Below, in pieces: positions 60,023 to 64,000 of a DNA stretch of 64,000 nt. The DNA comes from Scyliorhinus canicula. Its lineage: Eukaryota. Both the position numbers and the translations under genes were made by a program. Under the pieces are notes generated by a model. The model ran no database searches and was not told the DNA's origin. It saw only the letters and a list, made by a program, of their open reading frames with translations. The stretch's first letter is position 1; every line of letters starts with the position of its first letter. The stretch is from assembly GCF_902713615.1 (NCBI RefSeq), contig NC_052149.1:126111256-126175255 (forward strand), read 5' to 3'.

Positions 60023-62745
60023 CAGGAGAGGAGAGAGAGGGAGAGAGAGAGAGGGAGACAGGAGAGAGAGAGGGAGAGAGAGAGAGGGAGACAGAGAGAG
60101 AGAGGAGAGGAGAAAGAGAGAGAGGGAGACAGGAGAGAGAGAGGGAGAGAGAGAGGAGACAGGAGACAGAGAGAGAGAGGGCAGGGAGAGAGAGAGAGGA
60201 GGGAGACAGGAGAGAGAGAGGAGAGAGGACAGGGGAGAAGAGAGGGGAGAGAGAGGAAGCGGAGGGAGGAGAGAGGNNNNNNNNNNNNNNNNNNNNNNNN
60301 NNNNNNNNNNNNNNNNNNNNNNNNNNNNNNNNNNNNNNNNNNNNNNNNNNNNNNNNNNNNNNNNNNNNNNNNNNNNNNNNNNNNNNNNNNNNNNNNNNNN
60401 NNNNNNNNNNNNNNNNNNNNNNNNNNNNNNNNNNNNNNNNNNNNNNNNNNNNNNNNNNNNNNNNNNNNNNNNNNNNNNNNNNNGAATGTGGAGAGCAAAA
60501 GGGAGAGAGATACAGAGAGACAGAGGAGAGCGAGAATGGGAGAGATATTGAGAGAGTTCGGGAGAGAGAGGGAGATGGAAATATAGGATTGAGGTAGAAA
60601 GAGAGAGAGATGTCAAGGGCAGGAAGAAGAGCAAGAGAAATAGAGAGAAGGAGGCAGGTTGAGAAAGAGGGAAAGGTAGAGAGAGGGGGAGGAACAAAGA
60701 GAGAGGGATTTAGAGGGAGAACGAGAGAGAGAGAGGGAGGCAGAGAGCGGGAGGTAGAGAGAGGGAGGTAGACAGAGAGAGTGAGGGAGAGAGAAAGGGA
60801 GGTAGACAGAGAGAGTGAGGGAGAGAGAGGGAGGTAGACAGAGAGAGTGAGGGAGAGAGAGGGAGGTAGACAGAGAGAGTGAGGGAGAGAGAGGGAGGTA
60901 GACAGAGAGAGTGAGGGAGAGAGAAAGGGAGGTATAAAGACAAGGATTAGGGAGAGAGAGAGGGGGAGACAGATATAGATTTGAGGTTGAAAGTGAGAGC
61001 GATGTTAAGGACAGGAAGAAGAGGGAGAGGGAGAGAAAAGGAGGCAGGTTGAGAGAGAGGGAAAGATAGAGAGAGAGGGAGATAGAGAGAGAAAGGTAGA
61101 GAGAGAGCGGCAGAGAGGGAGAAGGAAGAGATAGGGGTTGAGATAGAGAGAGCGAGATTGAGAGTGGGAAGTAGAGCCAGGGAGGGATGTAGAGAGAGGA
61201 AGGTAGTGTGTAGAAGAGGGAGACAGAGTGTGTTGGGGTAGAGAGATTGAGAGAGGAGAGAGGGAGAGGGACGTAGAGAGCGGGAGGTTGAGAGATGGAG
61301 GGAGTTAGAGGGAATGAGAGGGAGATGGAGAGAGAAGAGGGTGATAGAAAGAGGGAGAGAGTGGTAGAGGGACTGAGAGGGAAGTAGCAAGAGGAAGAGG
61401 GAGGTAGGGAGAGGAGGAGGTAGAATGAGTGCGAAGGAGGTAGAGAGTGGGAAAGGTGGTAGAAAGAGAGAGAGGGATGGTGGTAGAAAGAGAGAGGGGG
61501 GAGGTAGAGAGAGTGAGAGGAAGGTAGAGACGGAGATGGATGAAAGAGAGGGAGAGGGAGGTAAAGAGGGGGAGAGGGAGTTAGAGAGGGATAGGGAAGT
61601 AAAGAGAGTGAGAGGGCCCTAGAGAGGGAGAGAGAGAGAGAGAGAGAGAGTAGGTGGAGAGAGAGGGAGGTAGAGAGTGGGGGAGGGAGATATTTGGGTT
61701 GAGATAGAGAGGGAAAGATCGAGGGTGGGAAGTAGAGCGAGGGAGAGATGTAGGGAGAGAGTTAGAGAGAGAGGGACAGATGGTCGAGAGAGAGAGGGAG
61801 GTCGAGAAAGAGAGGGAGGTAGAGAGTGGGGGAGGGAGATATTTGGGTTGAGATAGAGAGGGAAGTAGAGCGAGGAAGAGGGAGGTAGGGAGAGAGTTAG
61901 AGAGAGAGGGACAGGTGGTCGAGAAAGAGAGAGGGAGGTCGAGAGAGAGAGGGAGGTAGAGAGTGGGAGAGAGGGGGTTAGAGAGAGGATAGAGCAGGGC
62001 AGGGAGGTAGAGAGGGAGGGAGGTAGATGTCGAGAGAGAGAGCTAGAGAGAGGTGATTGGGAGGTAAAGAGAAAGAAGGTAAAGAGAGAGAGATGGTTGT
62101 AGAAAGGGGGAGGGTGGTAGAGGCAGTGAGAGGCAGAGAGAGGAAGAGGGATGTAAAGAGAGTGAGAGGAGGTAGAAAGAGAGAGAGAGGGGGGTCTAGA
62201 GAGGGAGGTAGCGAGAGAGAGGTAGAGAGAGGGAGAGAGGGAGATGGAGCATGATAGAGCATGGGCAGCAGGGTAGCATGGTGGTTAGCATAAATGCTTC
62301 ACAGCTCCAGGGTCCCAGGTTCGATTCCCGGCTGGGTCACTGTCTGTGTGGAGTCTGCACGTCCTCCCCCTGTGTGCGTGGGTTTCCTCCGGGTGCTCCG
62401 GTTTCCTCCCACAGTCCAAAGATGTGCGGGTTAGGTGGATTGGCCATGCTAAATTGCCCGTAGTGTCCTAATAAAAAGTAAGGTTAAGGGGGGGGTTGTT
62501 GGGTTACGGGTATAGGGTGGATACGTGGGTTTGAGTAGGGTGATCATGGCTCGGCACAACATTGAGGGCCGAAGGGCCTGTTCTGTGCTGTACTGTTCTA
62601 TGTTCTATGTTCTAAAGAGAGGGAGGGAGGTAGAGAGAGGACGAGGGAGGTAGAGAGGTTGAAATAGAGAGAGAGCGGTTGAGGGCAGGAAGTAGAGCGA
62701 GTGAGGGAAGTAAAGGTGGAACGGAGGTAGAAAGATAGAGTTACA
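60023..62745 (+). repeat. GA-rich polypurine low-complexity tract (adjacent gaps 59689-60022, 60277-60483)
   Basis: Composition; ~32-bp repeats at ~60760-60930. Confidence 0.95.
62263..62614 (+). mobile_element. Young HE1-type SINE
   Basis: Nearly identical to 14144-14490 and 10594-10947; (TGTTCTA)n tail. Confidence 0.9.
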
Positions 62746-62829
62746 ATAATAATAATCTTTATTGTCACAAGGAGACTTACATTAACACTGCAATCAAGTT
62801 ACTGTGAAAAGCCTCTAGTCGCCACATTC

Positions 62830-63790
62830 CATAAGACCATAAGACATAGAAGCAGAATTAGGCCACTCGGCCCATCGAGTCTGCCCTGCTATTCAATCAT
62901 GGCTGATATTTTCTCATCCCAATTCTCCTGCCTTCTCCCCATAAACCCTGATCCCCTTATTAATCAAGAACCTATCTATCTCTGTCTTAAAGACACTCAG
63001 TGATTTGGCCTCCACAGCATTCTGCGGCAAAGAGTTCTACAGATTCACCACCCTCTGGCTGAAGAAATTCCTCCTCATCTCTGTTTTAAAGGATCGCCCC
63101 TTGAATCTGAGATGGTGTCCTCTGGTTCTAGTTTTTCCGACAAGTGGAAACATCCTCTCCATGTCCATTCTATCTAGGCCTCGCAGTATCCTGTAAGTTT
63201 CAATAAGATCCCCTCTCATCCTTCTAAACTCCAATGAGTACAGATCCAGAGTCCTCAGACGTTCCTCGTACGACAAGCTCTTCATTCCAGGAATCATTCT
63301 TGTGAACCTCCTCTGGACCCTTTCCAAGGCCAGCATATCCTTCCTTAGATAAGGGGCCCCAAAACTGCTCACAATACTCCAAATGGGGTCTGACCAGAGC
63401 CTTATACAGCCTCAGAAGTACATTCCTGGTCTTGTATTCTAGCCCTCTTGACATGAATGCTAACATTGCATTTGCCTTCCTAACTGCCGACTGAACCTGC
63501 ACGTCAACCTCAAGAGAATCGTGAACAAAGGCTCCCAAGTCCCTTTGTGCTTCTGAATTCTGAAGCGTTTTCTCATTTAGAAAATAGTCTATGCCTAAAT
63601 TCCTCCTTCCAAAGTGCATAACCTCACACTTTTCCACATTGTATTTCACTTGCCGCTTCATTGCCCACCCTCCTAGCCTGTCCAAGTCCTTCTGCAGCCC
63701 CCTTTGTTCCTCAATACTACCTGTCCCTCTGCAGGCCTTTGTATCATCTGCAAACTTTGCAACATTGCCTTCAGCACCTTCTTCCAGATC
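62830..63790 (-). mobile_element. 5'-truncated CR1 RT 3' fragment, followed by a partial SINE (63790-64000)
   Basis: ORFs 63224..63685 and 63037..63372 (LVRPHLEYC, ALERVQRRFTRM, RRNFFSQRVVNL). Confidence 0.9.
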
Positions 63791-64000
63791 ATGAATTACA
63801 TAGAATTTACAGTGCAGAAGGAGGCCATTCGGCCCATCGAGTCTGCACCGGCTCTTAGAAAGAGCACCCTACCCCCTATCCAAGGTCAACACCTCCACCC
63901 TATCCCCATTACCCAGTAACCCCAACCAACACTAAGGGCAATTTTGAACACTAAGGGCAATTTATCTTGGCCAATCCACCTAACCCGCACATCTTTGGAC

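Noticed and set aside
59578-62262. SL/ER-rich ORFs
   Set aside because: Low-complexity GA repeat and N-gap translations.

Overview
Repeat-rich vertebrate genomic DNA from a cartilaginous fish (shark-type HE1/V-SINEs; possibly a catshark, which is an inference). The genic content is a cluster-type immunoglobulin kappa light-chain locus on the minus strand. One complete, unrearranged L-V-J-C cluster is present (leader 44654-44702, V 44170-44467 with 12-RSS, J 43711-43745 with 23-RSS, C 38350-38678). A second L-V-J (5632-5680, 5148-5445, 4692-4726) has its C exon predicted just left of the window. The two clusters lie in a ~16 kb head-to-tail duplication (1-16812 vs 39093-54942, ~39 kb period) whose first copy ends exactly at a 100-N assembly gap. 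The rest is nested mobile DNA: a near-full-length CR1 LINE, a gypsy element inside an L1, several solo LTRs, Harbinger-type TIR elements plus a transposase relic, L2/Rex/Penelope-like fragments, many SINEs, four minisatellites and a GA-rich tract. Best leads: (1) the two V genes differ by 8 contiguous-type substitutions in the last 14 nt (CDR3) against ~1% background; (2) an inverted paralog of the C 3' flank suggests a hidden or deleted third cluster; (3) tandem arrays of octamer and E-box motifs carried by repeats; (4) a tRNA-headed, ORF1-less LINE with a matching bipartite SINE. All coordinates were read by eye; repeat boundaries are approximate.
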